64,000 bases of DNA, filler included, from Octopus bimaculoides (GCF_001194135.2; 7 parts of 6 records of this genome joined end to end with filler, not necessarily neighbours in it), one strand, 5' to 3'; shown: positions 1-11,485, numbered from the whole stretch's first letter. Made by a program: numbers and translations. The notes: generated by a model from the letters alone, not told the origin.

Positions 1-5
1 ATATA

Positions 6-860
6 TTGGGTCATCCCATAAATAATGTTTTTTCAATTGCAAGAACTAAAAGCCAGAGGAGGAGGGGATAAACTACCTGCATCAACTTACTATAAAAGCA
101 GGTAGTAATTTTACCTTGTCCTTATTCTTAGTGCAAATTTTGAAGAGTGCAGTTCGATTTTAAGTTATTTTGTTTTTCAAAGCTATAATGGAAGTGACAA
201 AGGAGCAAATTCAGCATATTTTGCTTTATGAATTCAATAAATGCAACAATGTAATGGAAAATTGCAAGGAATATTAATGCAGTACATGGGCATCAGACAA
301 TATGTGTAAGCCAGAAACAACGGTGGTTCTAGAAATTCCGAACCGGAAACTACAGCCTAGAAGACAAGCCTGTAGAGGTCGACAAGCATGTCCTGCAATC
401 CCTGGTGGAACAAAATCCTGTAGTAACTGCTGAGGAACTAGTAGAGAAGCCTGGATTTGGTCATTCAACCATTCATCGACACCTGTGTGCCATTGGAAAA
501 GCCAAGAAATTGGATCAATGGATTCTTCACAAACTTTCCGAATCTAATCGTGTGCAGAGAGTGAACATGTGCTCTTCTTTACTGTGATGTCTCACGAATG
601 AACCTATTTTGGAGCTGAATAGGGACTGGTGACAAGAAATGGGTTCTCTATAAAAATGTCAAGCGCTGAAGACAGTGGATAGGAAAAGGAGAAACTCTGG
701 CACCCCAGGCTAAAGAAGGTGTTGTTATCTCTTTGGTGGAATATGAAAGGTTTAGTCCACTTCAAACTTTTAAGCCCAAACCAAACGATAACAGAGGAGA
801 TCCACTGCAAGCGGCTTAAGTCTGAGTTAGAAGAAAAACGACCAGCTTTGGTTTGGAGGT
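6..860 (+). mobile_element. Decayed mariner (SETMAR/Hsmar-like) transposon, 3' truncated
   Basis: TA followed by TIR-like TTGGGTCATCCC. ATG at 188 gives MEVTKEQIQHILLYEFNK; frameshifted HTH (STIHRHL..IGKAKKLDQW..HKLSE); TGD(K)KW remnant of the first catalytic motif; multiple stops and frameshifts. Confidence 0.85.
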
Positions 861-980
861 CATTTGAAGTTTAGTAGAATATAAATAAACTGATGTGAGA
901 GAGAGAAGAGAGGTTGAGAATTTGTGTGGTTGGGAAGCAAGCTTCTTATGACACAGCTACACCTGTACCTATATTTCATT

Positions 981-1115
981 AGCTAATGAAGTTTATAATA
1001 TAATCACTTATTCCTTTGTCATCTTATTTTCTTATTAGTGCTCTATACTTAACTAATGCTTTGTTCTGAAACATATATTGAGTTCTACACCAGGTTATTA
1101 GTCTGACAATACTTA
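981..1115 (+). repeat. Copy A of a Penelope-like terminal-repeat family (3' portion only)
   Basis: Aligns by eye with 1620-1740 (+) and with the reverse complement of 1322-1376. Confidence 0.7.
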
Positions 1116-1372
1116 AGTGGAACNNNNNNNNNNNNNNNNNNNNNNNNNNNNNNNNNNNNNNNNNNNNNNNNNNNNNNNNNNNNNNNNNNNNNNNNNNNNN
1201 NNNNNNNNNNNNNNNNNNNNNNNNNNNNNNNNNNNNNNNNNNNNNNNNNNNNNNNNNNNNNNNNNNNNNNNNNNNNNNNNNNNNNNNNNACACACACACA
1301 CACACACTCACACACATACATACAAGAAAATGAGGTGACAAAGGCAAAAATGGTTATGTTCTGAACCTCATT

Positions 1373-1462
1373 AGCTTACGGCTGTTTCTATTATAAGATT
1401 CTGTGGACTCGTAGTTGAATAGCTGAGTGCCTGAATAATATCCTATAGCTTCATCAGAGCTG
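1373..1462 (-). ncRNA. Type I hammerhead ribozyme-like motif (degenerate stem II) in a Penelope-like terminal repeat
   Basis: Minus strand reads CAGCT-CTGATGA-A-GCTATAGGAT...ATCTTATAAT-A-GAAAC-agcc-GT-A-AGCT: core, GUA triplet and a 4-bp stem I. Confidence 0.6.
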
Positions 1463-1542
1463 ACTTTCTTTCTGGTAATACCTTCCCTGAATATTGCACA
1501 AATGTAATTCTTTTTCCCAAATAAATTGCACTTCGTATTCAG

Positions 1543-1623
1543 GGCTCTGATGAAGCTGTAGAATGTTGTTCAGGCACTTGACTAGGAGTCCACTGCATCC
1601 TATAGCAGAAACAATTGTGAGCT
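1543..1623 (+). ncRNA. Type I hammerhead ribozyme-like motif, probably inactive (GUG at cleavage triplet)
   Basis: GGCT-CTGATGA(1547-1553)-A-GCTGTAGAATG..30 nt..CATCCTATAGC-A-GAAAC(1608-1612)-aatt-GT-G-AGCT. Stem II pairs 10/11; helix III ACAATTGT is palindromic. Confidence 0.65.
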
Positions 1624-1835
1624 GATGAGGTTCATAACACAACTGGTTTTTCCTTTGTCATCTCATTTTCTTATTATCGCTCTGTACTTGTCTAACACTT
1701 CATTCTGAAGCATCCATATATTGAGTTCTACCCCAGGTTAGTCTCATATATATATGTGTGTGTGTGAATGAAAATAAAAATAAAAATTTAAAAATATATA
1801 CAAAAAAAGGGTTTTGTATGATCGTGTACAGAGGA

Positions 1836-2098
1836 ATATATTATTTAAAAGAGTTCCAACTCTGTCTGTTTTTTATGTTTTATTTATATTCTTATAAAAT
1901 TGATGTGGGATATAGAATATGGAATATATAATATAATATAAATGGTAAAATGAAAAATGGAATGAAGTGTTGAATGTCTTATTGAATATATGAAATATTG
2001 AGTATTAAATATAGAGAATCAAATATATAAAGAAAATCAAAAGAATATAAATAAAATATAAAAAACAGACAGAGTTGGAACTCTTTTAAATAATATAT
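1836..2098. repeat. Foldback element, 58-bp inverted arms
   Basis: 1836-1893 is the reverse complement of 2041-2098 with one mismatch; TA-rich flanks. Confidence 0.85.
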
Positions 2099-2120
2099 AT
2101 ATATATGAGAAAAGGCATAA

Positions 2121-2376
2121 ATAATGGGCTTTACATATTTCTATATTTCTGCATCTTTGACTTACAGCTGTTTCTGAAATGCATTATAGGTGCATTCTTG
2201 CTTCTGTTTAGCTCCAATAGTTGTGTAAACAATTTAAAAAGGTAAACAACCTTAACGAATACTACCATTTTCAGAAGATGATAGAGTAAATAAAACCATG
2301 AATGCACCAATAATGCATATCAGAAACAAGTGTAAGTCAAAGATGCAGAAATATAGAAACATGTAAAGCCCATTAT
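2121..2376. repeat. Foldback element, ~77-bp inverted arms carrying the 3' half of a hammerhead motif
   Basis: 2121-2197 is approximately the reverse complement of 2300-2376. The arms read outward GAAAC-agct-GT-A-AGTC (minus) and GAAAC-aagt-GT-A-AGTC (plus). Confidence 0.8.
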
Positions 2377-2652
2377 ATATACCTTTTCTTGTATATCACT
2401 CTGTGAAAAAGACCAGATTAACTGGAGGATGCCGTCATGAATTTCCAAAATTGACTGGTGATGGACTTCAACCTCAGAACTTACTGCAAGATTACCTGTA
2501 CTTTTTTTATTGATCTGAAACCATTTTGTTAGCCTGATGTATTTGTATTAACAGAGAGCATTTGAAGTATTTCTCCCAGACTGACAATCCCTTATTAATA
2601 ACTCCTTGTAAATTTATATGTATAAATGTACCTGTCTTTGTCTATTTTACAG

Positions 2653-3052
2653 ACTGCCACGTTAATCGGTTTGCTGAAAACTGCTCGTCTGCTTCGGCTG
2701 GTGCGGGTTGCACGGAAACTGGACCGGTATTCCGAATATGGCGCTGCAGTATTAATGTTATTGATGGCAACTTTTGCTCTTATTGCTCATTGGTTGGCCT
2801 GCATATGGTATGCCATTGGCAATGTTGAACGTCCCCTTTTACGACATCCGGTAGGCTGGTTGGACGAACTGGCCAAACAAACTCAACAGTACTATTCACC
2901 GAATGAAACTCACAGTGGCCCAACTATCAAGTCTAAATATGTCACAGCCCTATATTTCACATTTAGTAGCCTTACCAGTGTAGGGTTTGGCAATGTTTCC
3001 CCTAATACGAATTCAGAAAAAATATTTTCGATTTTGATAATGTTGATTGGGT
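2653..3052 (+). CDS. KCNH2: ERG (KCNH2/6/7 family, Drosophila sei-like) voltage-gated K+ channel, exon encoding S4-S5-pore-S6 (400 bp, phase 0 to 1)
   Basis: Acceptor ctattttacag|ACT and donor GGG T|gtaagt. Translates [33 protein letters not shown]...[29 protein letters not shown], close to hERG S4 and the GFG pore. The symbol denotes the ERG family, not 1:1 orthology. Confidence 0.97.
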
Positions 3053-3091
3053 GTAAGTAAACAAATTATTATTATTATAATTATTATTATT

Positions 3092-3349
3092 CAGTAGTTT
3101 TATTTTTATAACGTGCTTTCACTTCACTACCGAGCGCAGCTCTGTGTGCCTTGGGTATGTGCTGTGGTTTGCTGTGATGCTCTTATGGTTATTGTATTGA
3201 AAGTGTTTTGCGTAGAATGTGTGCAGTGCCCACTAGTGCAATTTTCTGTATGTTATATATATTTGTAAGTCCTGGTGTTTTTGTTATGTATTTGTCTGAA
3301 TATTTTTTTTTATTATACCTAAGGCGCCTACTATGATAGGAATTGTTTC

Positions 3350-3351
<2 letters not shown>
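3092..3351 (-). mobile_element. 5'-truncated R4/Dong-clade non-LTR retrotransposon 3' end, inserted in (TAA)n
   Basis: Minus strand gives TIPIIVGALGII (homopolymer frameshift) KYSDKYITKTPGLTNIYNIQKIALVGTAHILRKTLSIQ*, a typical RLE-LINE C-terminus. (TAA)n lies on both sides (3066-3091, 3352-3388). Confidence 0.8.
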
Positions 3352-3391
<40 letters not shown>

Positions 3392-3491
3392 GGCGGTAAG
3401 CAGGCAGAATCGTTAGCATGCTGGACGAAATGCTTAGCAGTATTTCACCCGTTGCTATGTTCTGAGTTCAAATTCCGCCGANNNNNNNNNN

Positions 3492-3727
3492 TGCTTTCAC
3501 TTCACTACCGAGCGCAGCTCTGTGTGCCTTGGGTATGTGCTGTGGTTTGCTGTGATGCTCTTATGGTTATTGTATTGAAAGTGTTTTGCGTAGAATGTGT
3601 GCAGTGCCCACTAGTGCAATTTTCTGTATGTTATATATATTTGTAAGTCCTGGTGTTTTTGTTATGTATTTGTCTGAATATTTTTTTTTATTATACCTAA
3701 GGCGCCTACTATGATAGGAATTGTTTC

Positions 3728-3769
<42 letters not shown>

Positions 3770-3859
3770 GGCGGTAAGCAGGCAGAATCGTTAGCATGCT
3801 GGACGAAATGCTTAGCAGTATTTCACCCGTTGCTATGTTCTGAGTTCAAATTCCGCCGA
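3492..3859. other. Exact duplicate of 3114-3481 across a 10-N gap (probable assembly artefact)
   Basis: 368 bp identical on either side of the N run 3482-3491. Confidence 0.85.
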
Positions 3860-3982
3860 GATCAACTTTGCCTTTCATCCTTTCGGGGGTCGATAAATTA
3901 AGTACCAATGAAACACTGGGGTTGATATAATTGATTAGTCCCCTCCCTACAAATTTCAGGCCTCGTGCCTATAGTAGAAAGG
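3769..3982 (+). mobile_element. tRNA-derived SINE, family A, with (ATT)n tail
   Basis: Head GGCGG..GGCAGAATCGTTAGC, B-box-like GAGTTCAAATTCC, shared body CTTTGCCTTTCATCCTTTCGGGGTCGAT; ATT tail to ~4030. Confidence 0.8.
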
Positions 3983-3995
3983 ATTATTATTATTA

Positions 3996-4030
<35 letters not shown>

Positions 4031-4032
<2 letters not shown>

Positions 4033-4290
4033 GGCAGTGTAATTAGTTGAGTCATGAGTGAATTGGATTAAACCTTTAGCAGCATTTCTTCTGGTTCTTT
4101 ATGTTCTGGGTTCAAATTCCACTGAGGTCAACTTTGCCTTTCATCCTTTGGGGTTAGTAACATAAATTACCAGTCAAGTGCTGGAGATGTCAGTATCAGT
4201 TACTTACCACTGACCCTAACCCTAACCCTAACCCTAACCCTAACCCTAACCCTCAGAATCGCTGGCCTTGCACCTAAATCAGAAGCCATT
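4031..4290 (+). mobile_element. SINE family A, diverged copy containing a (TAACCC)6 tract
   Basis: Same body motifs as 3769-3982; ATT tail. Confidence 0.7.
4217..4252. repeat. Interstitial telomeric-type repeat (TAACCC)6
   Basis: Six exact units preceded by a TGACCC variant. Confidence 0.9.
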
Positions 4291-4491
4291 ATTATTATTA
4301 TTGTTAAAGCTATTACATGCTGTATTAGCAGGGATGTTATTCTCAAGATTCTTTCTCAGGATCCTTGCAGATGGTACTTTTCTGCAGGTCAACAACACAT
4401 GTCTTAGATCTAATATCCTTCTTGTACCCAAAATTGCCTTTGGGTACAAGATGCAGCAACAACAACAAAAAAACAAACTCAGATTTACCAT

Positions 4492-4885
4492 TACTCTTTT
4501 TACTTGTTTCAGTCATTTCACTGTGGCCATGCTGGAGCACTGCCTTTAGTCGAGCAAATCGACCCAGGACTTATTCTGTGCAAGCCTAGTACTTATTCTA
4601 TCAGTCTCTTTTGCCGAACCGCTAAGTTACGGAGACGTAAACACACCAGCATCAGTTGTCAAGCGATGTTGGGGGGGGGGGGCAAACACAAACACACACA
4701 CATATATATACATATAAATATACGACGGCCTTCTTTCAGTTTCTGTCTACCAAATCCACTCACAAGGCTTTGGTTGGCCCGAAGCTATAGTAGAAGACAC
4801 TTGCCCAAAGTGCCACGCAGTGGGACTGAACCTGGAACCATGTGGTTGGTAAGCAAGCTACTTACCACACAGCCACTCCTGCGCC
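4492..4885 (-). mobile_element. SINE family B, full length
   Basis: Reverse complement aligns with 16101-16508 (GGCGCAGGAGTGGCTGTGTGGTAAG head, internal (TA/TG)n, AGTAAAAGAGTA tail). Confidence 0.85.
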
Positions 4886-5164
4886 ATTCTTAATAAAACA
4901 TATCAAGAACAAATACAATGTGCTCTGTTGTCAATAATGATGGTAAATGAAAAAACTGGTCAAACGTTAGCTACACGTAGATACTATTGCCATGTGGCTA
5001 TCATTATTAGTGCCGTATTAATGCGCAGGTAAAATATGGTGAGTTTTTCTGCCACACCCAGTATTTGTATCCTTATTTTCATGTTCTGAGTTTTTGTATA
5101 GTAGGGTCCGTCCATTGCCCAGTTTGAAACCTCTGCTGAGTTCTGGAGTGCCCTTTAGAGGAAT

Positions 5165-5440
5165 TCATCATTTATCTTTATCATTTAACATCTGTTTTCC
5201 ATGCTGGTATGGGGTGAATAGTTTGACAGAAGCTGGAAAGCTGGAGGGCTGCACCAGGCCCCAGTCGTCTATTTTAGCATGGTTTCTACAGATAGATGCC
5301 CTTCCTAATGCCAACCACATCATGGAGTATACTGGGTGATTTTCATGTGGCACCAGCATGGGTGCTTTTTACATGGCACCAGCACCTACAGGAGCTGCCA
5401 AGTAGCTTGCAAGACAAGAATGTATCATCTAAGAGAAGGG
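5165..5440 (-). mobile_element. 3' end of an RTE-like LINE, (TGA)n-tailed family
   Basis: Homologous to 6695-6950 and 10490-10700 (CCATGCT..CATGGG, GATGCCCTTCCTAATGCCAACCAC). Confidence 0.6.
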
Positions 5441-6323
5441 GATTCGTTGTTTTGAAAATCATTTTTTTTTTTCTTTGAGATGGCCATCTGGTTAGATAAA
5501 AGCACCATCTTGGTTCTTCTGTTCTTGATCTTGAAAAACATACAGAATGTGATTGCTGGACAGAGAGAGGACTCTGCCAATACTAAGCTGGTTTTATAGT
5601 CATAGCTGAAAGTTTGGAGCATAAGTCTGAAAATTAGAATTTTATATTAAATACCCAAAGTTATATTTAATTTGCAATATATTATTATTACATACAGTAA
5701 TATGGTGGGTATCTATTAAAAAAATTTGTTCCAAACGTTTTGCTACGACTGTATACTTATCGACCCCCAAAAGGCATTGAGATTGAACCCAGAGTCATTT
5801 GGTTGTGAAGTGAGTTTCTTAAACACACAACCATACAGTTAAGAAAAACAATGTTAACATGTTGACAACATGTTAACATCCCCATTACAAAAATTCCCAT
5901 CGAGAATATATGAGGATATTGATTAAATATATCACAGTATATTACTGGTATTTATATTAAAGACACTGGGGGTGTGGGGCAGGGTGGTTGACTGACCAGT
6001 TTGAATGACAGAGATGGTAGGAGTGGTGGTTGTTGTTTTAACTCTGAGTCAGTAATTATCAAGTAGACCTGAAATATCAAAAGATATTCCAGACATGGCC
6101 TTCTCACCTTAGAATTTCCTATCAAAGTGTATCTGGGATTACATTATCTAATGTGTCTGTTTTATTTTTTAAGATGGTAGATCATGATTTGAGGGAGTAT
6201 ATATGTGCTATTTCCAGCAGGTTTCAATTCCCTCGTTAACTCGTAGGGGTGGGGATAGGATCGGTGAGTAACATTTCTGTTACCATTACTTTTTAGTGGT
6301 AACAGGAATTTTTTTAAACATGA

Positions 6324-7010
<687 letters not shown>

Positions 7011-7263
7011 TACAAATGGCAGAAACAGAAAATGGTATTCTTGTGAATTCCATTTTTTGTTTCTTTCATTTGTTATATACTCGATGAACACTGAGGAATC
7101 CTGCGGTAGATCCAGTGGTATTTATATCAATACTGTGGATGACATCAGGTAGCCATAAACAGCGAAAGTGCTTTAATTGGAATACACATACTCTATATAG
7201 CTATACACATGTTCAGATATGCGTTGATGTGGAATTCTAAATAGTCTTCATTCTTTATTGCAG

Positions 7264-7351
7264 GTATTAAAGAGTTTTCCAGAATGCCTTCAAGCTGATA
7301 TTTGTCTACATTTAAACAGAAACCTTCTTAGTAATTGCCCAGCCTTTCAAG
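7264..7351 (+). CDS. KCNH2: ERG channel exon, C-linker to start of CNBHD (88 bp, phase 0 to 1)
   Basis: Acceptor ttctttattgcag|GTA. Translates [29 protein letters not shown](G); similarity ends at CAA G|gtatca. Confidence 0.93.
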
Positions 7352-7903
7352 GTATCATCATATTGTATTTGTTGTTGTTATTTTTATTATTATTATTATT
7401 GTATATGATGCTGTGTAACAAAATATGAATTTTTTCTTTGTCTTTGGTCAGTAAGTGTTATTTCCTATTTGTTTTTGTCTAAAAATCAAAGGAAATGACT
7501 ACTATTCCCTTCAAACTTTGCTTTTGTCACCTGGACATCTATGTTTTCAAGTTGACCTATTTTCCATTACATTTCAGACAGATTCAGCACTGAGTTGCTG
7601 AAGCAGAAATATCGTTATAGCAAATATTCTGCTCAATACCACAGATTTGCTTGTCATTTGCTTGACCTTAACCACACAAGCATGTCCCTTAGTGACTGAC
7701 AATATGTGCATCTCTGATGATGAGCAGGAGTAAATGGGGAGCATCATAGCCATGAGTTGAGAGGAATTCTTTGGGGTTTGAATAAATGTTAGAAAAGTAA
7801 AGTTTGAAGGAAATAATGACCATTTTTCATACATTCTAGGGGTAAGCAAATAAGAAATAACTGTTGCTGCCCAAGGACAAAAATCATGTTACACGGTATA
7901 TTA

Positions 7904-8030
7904 ATTCTTTCTGGTTTAGGCACAAGGTCAGCAATTTTAGGGAAGTGAGTAAGCTGATTACGTTGACCCCCAATGCTCAACTAATACTTATCGACTCCAA
8001 AAGGTGGAATTTGAACTCAGAATGTAAAGC
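7904..8030 (-). mobile_element. SINE family A fragment
   Basis: GGCACAAGGTCAGCAATTTT..GGAATTTGAACTCAGAA is the reverse complement of the family A body. Confidence 0.6.
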
Positions 8031-8529
8031 TTCAGAATGAATGTCACAAAAATTCTTTTTACAAATTGCTAGAGCATCAGACAAAATATTTCTGGGCTCA
8101 AATCTCACCAAGGCCAATTTAGTCTTTCATTCCTCCAAGGTCGGTAAAAGAAAATACTGGTCTAGTACTAGAGTCAATGGTATCAGCTTCCTTTCAAAAA
8201 TTCTGTCCTTGAGCTTAAAATAGAAACTATTATTATTATTAAAATTTCTAGCACGTTACAGTCATGATTGAGGGATCAGGGTTTCAATTCCTGGTTTGGG
8301 TGGTGCGTTGTGTTCTTGAGCAAAACACTTCATTTCACATTGCTTTGCGATCATGTTGACACTTGATGCATGGTATACAGTGCACCCATTCAGACAACGC
8401 CAATTTGATGGAAAGAGTGAACTAATATGCACAGTTGATCACAATAAACAAATCATTTGTGCAGGTCATTTGGCAAAAGTTGAACACTCTTATGTTGTCT
8501 TCATCAGGAGAGTTCATCATTATTCTCTA

Positions 8530-8760
8530 TTTCTTTATTATCCACAAGGGGCTAAACATAGAGGGGACAAACAAGGACAGACAAAGGGATTAAGTCGATT
8601 ACATCGACCCCAGTGCGTAACTGGTGCTTATTTAATCAACCCTGAAAGGATGAAAGGCAAAGTCGACCTCGGCAGAATTTGAACTCAGAACATAACAGCA
8701 GATAAAATACCGCTAAGCATTTTGTCCAGCGTGCTAATGATTCTACCAGCTTGTCACCCT
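8530..8760 (-). mobile_element. SINE family A (variant tail)
   Basis: GATGAAAGGCAAAGTCGACCTCGGCAGAATTTGAACTCAGAAC...CTAATGATTCTACCAGC. Confidence 0.8.
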
Positions 8761-8805
8761 CATCGATATTATTGTTCATTATTATTATTGTTATCATTAA
8801 GGTGT

Positions 8806-9095
8806 GAAGGCGCATGGCTCAGTGGTTGGAGCGTCGAGCTTACGATCATGAGGTTGTGAGTTCGAATCCCGGACTGGGCTGCATGTTGTGTTCTTGAGCA
8901 AGACACTTTATTTCACATTGCTCCAGTTCACTCAGCTATGAGTTGTGACATCATTGGTGCCAAGCTGTATTGGCTTTTGCCTTTCCCTTGGATAACATCA
9001 GTGGCATGGAGAGGGGAGGCTGGTATGCATGGGCGACTTCTGGTCTTCTATAAACAACCTTGCCCGGACTTGTGCCTCGGAGGGTAACTTTCTAG
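8806..9095 (+). mobile_element. tRNA-derived SINE, family C
   Basis: A-box TGGCTCAGTGG, B-box GAGTTCGAATCCC, then a TGTTGTGTTCTTGAGCAAGACACTT conserved-core-like segment (also at ~8305). Confidence 0.8.
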
Positions 9096-9265
9096 CGTTT
9101 TGTCTGTCTTTATGTTCTAAGTTCAAATTCCACTAGGGTCGACTTTACCTTACATCCTTTCAGGGTCAATAAAATAGGTACCAGTTGAATACTAGGGTCG
9201 ATGTAATCGATTTACCACTCTCCCTAAAATTGCTGGCATTGTGCCAAACTTTGAAATCTTATTAT
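9096..9265 (+). mobile_element. SINE family A, 5'-truncated
   Basis: GTTCAAATTCCACTAGGGTCGACTTTACC...CTGGCATTGTGCCAAACTTTGAAA then ATT repeat. Confidence 0.65.
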
Positions 9266-10063
9266 TATGGACCTGTAAAAGGTTGATAGTTGCAATAGAG
9301 ACATTAGTCTCTCTCTATCAGCTTTCAACAAAATTATATATGAAGAAACAGTAGAACAATTAACAACATAATAAAAATAAGTTTTATTGTTGGTGATGCT
9401 TAGCTTCTACAAATCCTGTGTCATTCAGCCTGGCAGCCACTGGTTAACTTGTAATTGGCATCTGGATATTAAGAGCTTCATTGAGGCATGCCAAAGGAGC
9501 AAGTAGTTGTTACGTCAAAAGCATCGCACGAAAGAGAGAGCTTAGAAAGCGCACCAAGCGCTTTAAGTACTGGTTTTACTATGCATGTGCACTCGAGGGG
9601 CCTCTGGGAAGGCAAGTTCCTTGCACATGCGTAGATTGTACTTCCTTAATGGCGGCCATAATTTCACACCACTACAGACCCTTTCGGAGGCCGATAAAAT
9701 AAAGTGCCAGTCAAGCATTGAGGCTGATATAACCATCTACCCTCCCCACTGCCACCACCACCAAATTTGTTGGCTATGTACCTATAGAAGAAAGGATTAT
9801 TATCATTATAATTATTATTAATATTATTGGATCAACGTAATCAACTACCCTGATCCCCCAAAATTTGCTGGCCATGTGCCTTTAGAAGAAAGGAATTTCT
9901 TAAAACCTTTGGTACACTATGTATCTGTTCCTGGCTTTTCATTGTATACTGTGGGTACTTTTTTGTTTCTTTATCATTTCATTATATGTAAACCCTCACA
10001 CTTTATGTCTGTCTTTGTATTATCTCCCTCATCCTTCGCCCTGGGGGCAAATAAATGAAATCA

Positions 10064-10112
<49 letters not shown>

Positions 10113-10114
10113 CA

Positions 10115-10163
<49 letters not shown>

Positions 10164-10489
10164 TATTGGGTCAATTTAAATGACTAACCACTTCCTCCAA
10201 AATTCGCTGGCCTTGTGCCAAAATTTGAAGCCATTATTATCATCATCATTATTATCATTATCATGCAATATTACATTCAGGTGAATGTCCTGATCTTGTT
10301 CGTTACAGACACAACATTCCAATGTTGAATACACGTGAATGCCATACAGATGCTTTTAGTTAAGAAACAAAGAATGTTTAAATCTTCTAAAAATTAAAAA
10401 AAAGGAATTGAATAATTTTGTTTAAAATCTTCTAATTTCTGTCGCTTCATCCCTCACTCGAGTGATAAAGTTAAACACCCGTCTTGTGT

Positions 10490-10700
10490 TCATCAGCATC
10501 ACTTTACTTCTTTGTTCCATGCTTGCATGGGTTGGAAGGTTTACTAGGATATGATGGATCTGAACACTCCCTTGAGCTCTGATCTCCACTTTGGCATGGT
10601 TTCCACAGTTGGAGGCCCTTCCTAGTACCAATCACTTTACATAGGGTACTGGGTGCTTTTTTCATGGCACCAGCACAAGTAAGGTTACTGTATAGCATGT
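10490..10700 (-). mobile_element. RTE-like LINE 3' end fragment
   Basis: TCCATGCTTGCATGGGTTGGA...GGGTGCTTTTTTCATGGCACCAGCAC, shared with 5165-5440. Confidence 0.55.
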
Positions 10701-11078
10701 AAGACTAAGGTTCCCCCATTGTCTGAGTGGGGCTACAGTAGAGAGGGACGTGGCTTTATGTTAGGAGGGGCCAGAATAGGGCAAAGAGCCTCCCTGAGTC
10801 ATAGAGATTCATAGGGTTGGATTCCTGGTTTCCATGGCATGTATGTTTTCCCCTTGGATGGGACACTGGTCTATCACAGGATTGCTTGTTTGTACCAGTG
10901 GAGTAGAGTGGAGCAACATGAAACGAAGTGTCTTACTCAAGAACAGAATGCATCACCCAATCAGTCCTATTGTGCAGCACCTTGGGCAAGTGTTTTCTAC
11001 AATAGCCCCAGGCTGGCTAATACTTTGTGAATGAATTTTGTTGATGGAAATCATGCAGAATCCCACCATACATGCATA

Positions 11079-11329
11079 TACTCTTTTACTCTTTTACTTG
11101 TTTCAGTCATTTGTCTGCGGCCATGCTGGAGCACCACCTTTAGTCGAGCAAATCGACCCCAGGACTTATTCTTTGGATGCCTAGTACTTATTCTATCGGT
11201 CTCTTTTGCCGAACCGCTAGGTTACGGGGACGTAAACACACCAGCATCGGTTGTCAAACGATGTTGGGGGACAAACACAGACACACAAACATACACACAC
11301 ACACACATATATATATATACATATATATA
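11079..11329 (-). mobile_element. SINE family B, 3' half (runs into gap)
   Basis: Aligns with 4492-4720. Confidence 0.85.
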
Positions 11330-11453
11330 NNNNNNNNNNNNNNNNNNNNNNNNNNNNNNNNNNNNNNNNNNNNTTAATTAATTAANNNNNNNNNNNNNNN
11401 NNNNNNNNNNNNNNNNNNNNNNNNNNNNNTATATATATATATATATATACACG

Positions 11454-11485
<32 letters not shown>

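Noticed and set aside
3114-3859. Apparent 368-bp tandem duplication
   Set aside because: 100% identical and split by a 10-N gap; typical unmerged contig overlap.
8806-8880. tRNA gene calls at SINE heads (also 37850-37920)
   Set aside because: A/B boxes are present, but they continue into SINE bodies and lack a complete acceptor stem.
11374-11385. TTAATTAATTAA between N runs (also 43087, 48882, 55929, 59687, 61696)
   Set aside because: Identical 12-mer with stops in all six frames, centred in 100-bp gaps: a scaffolding placeholder, not biology.
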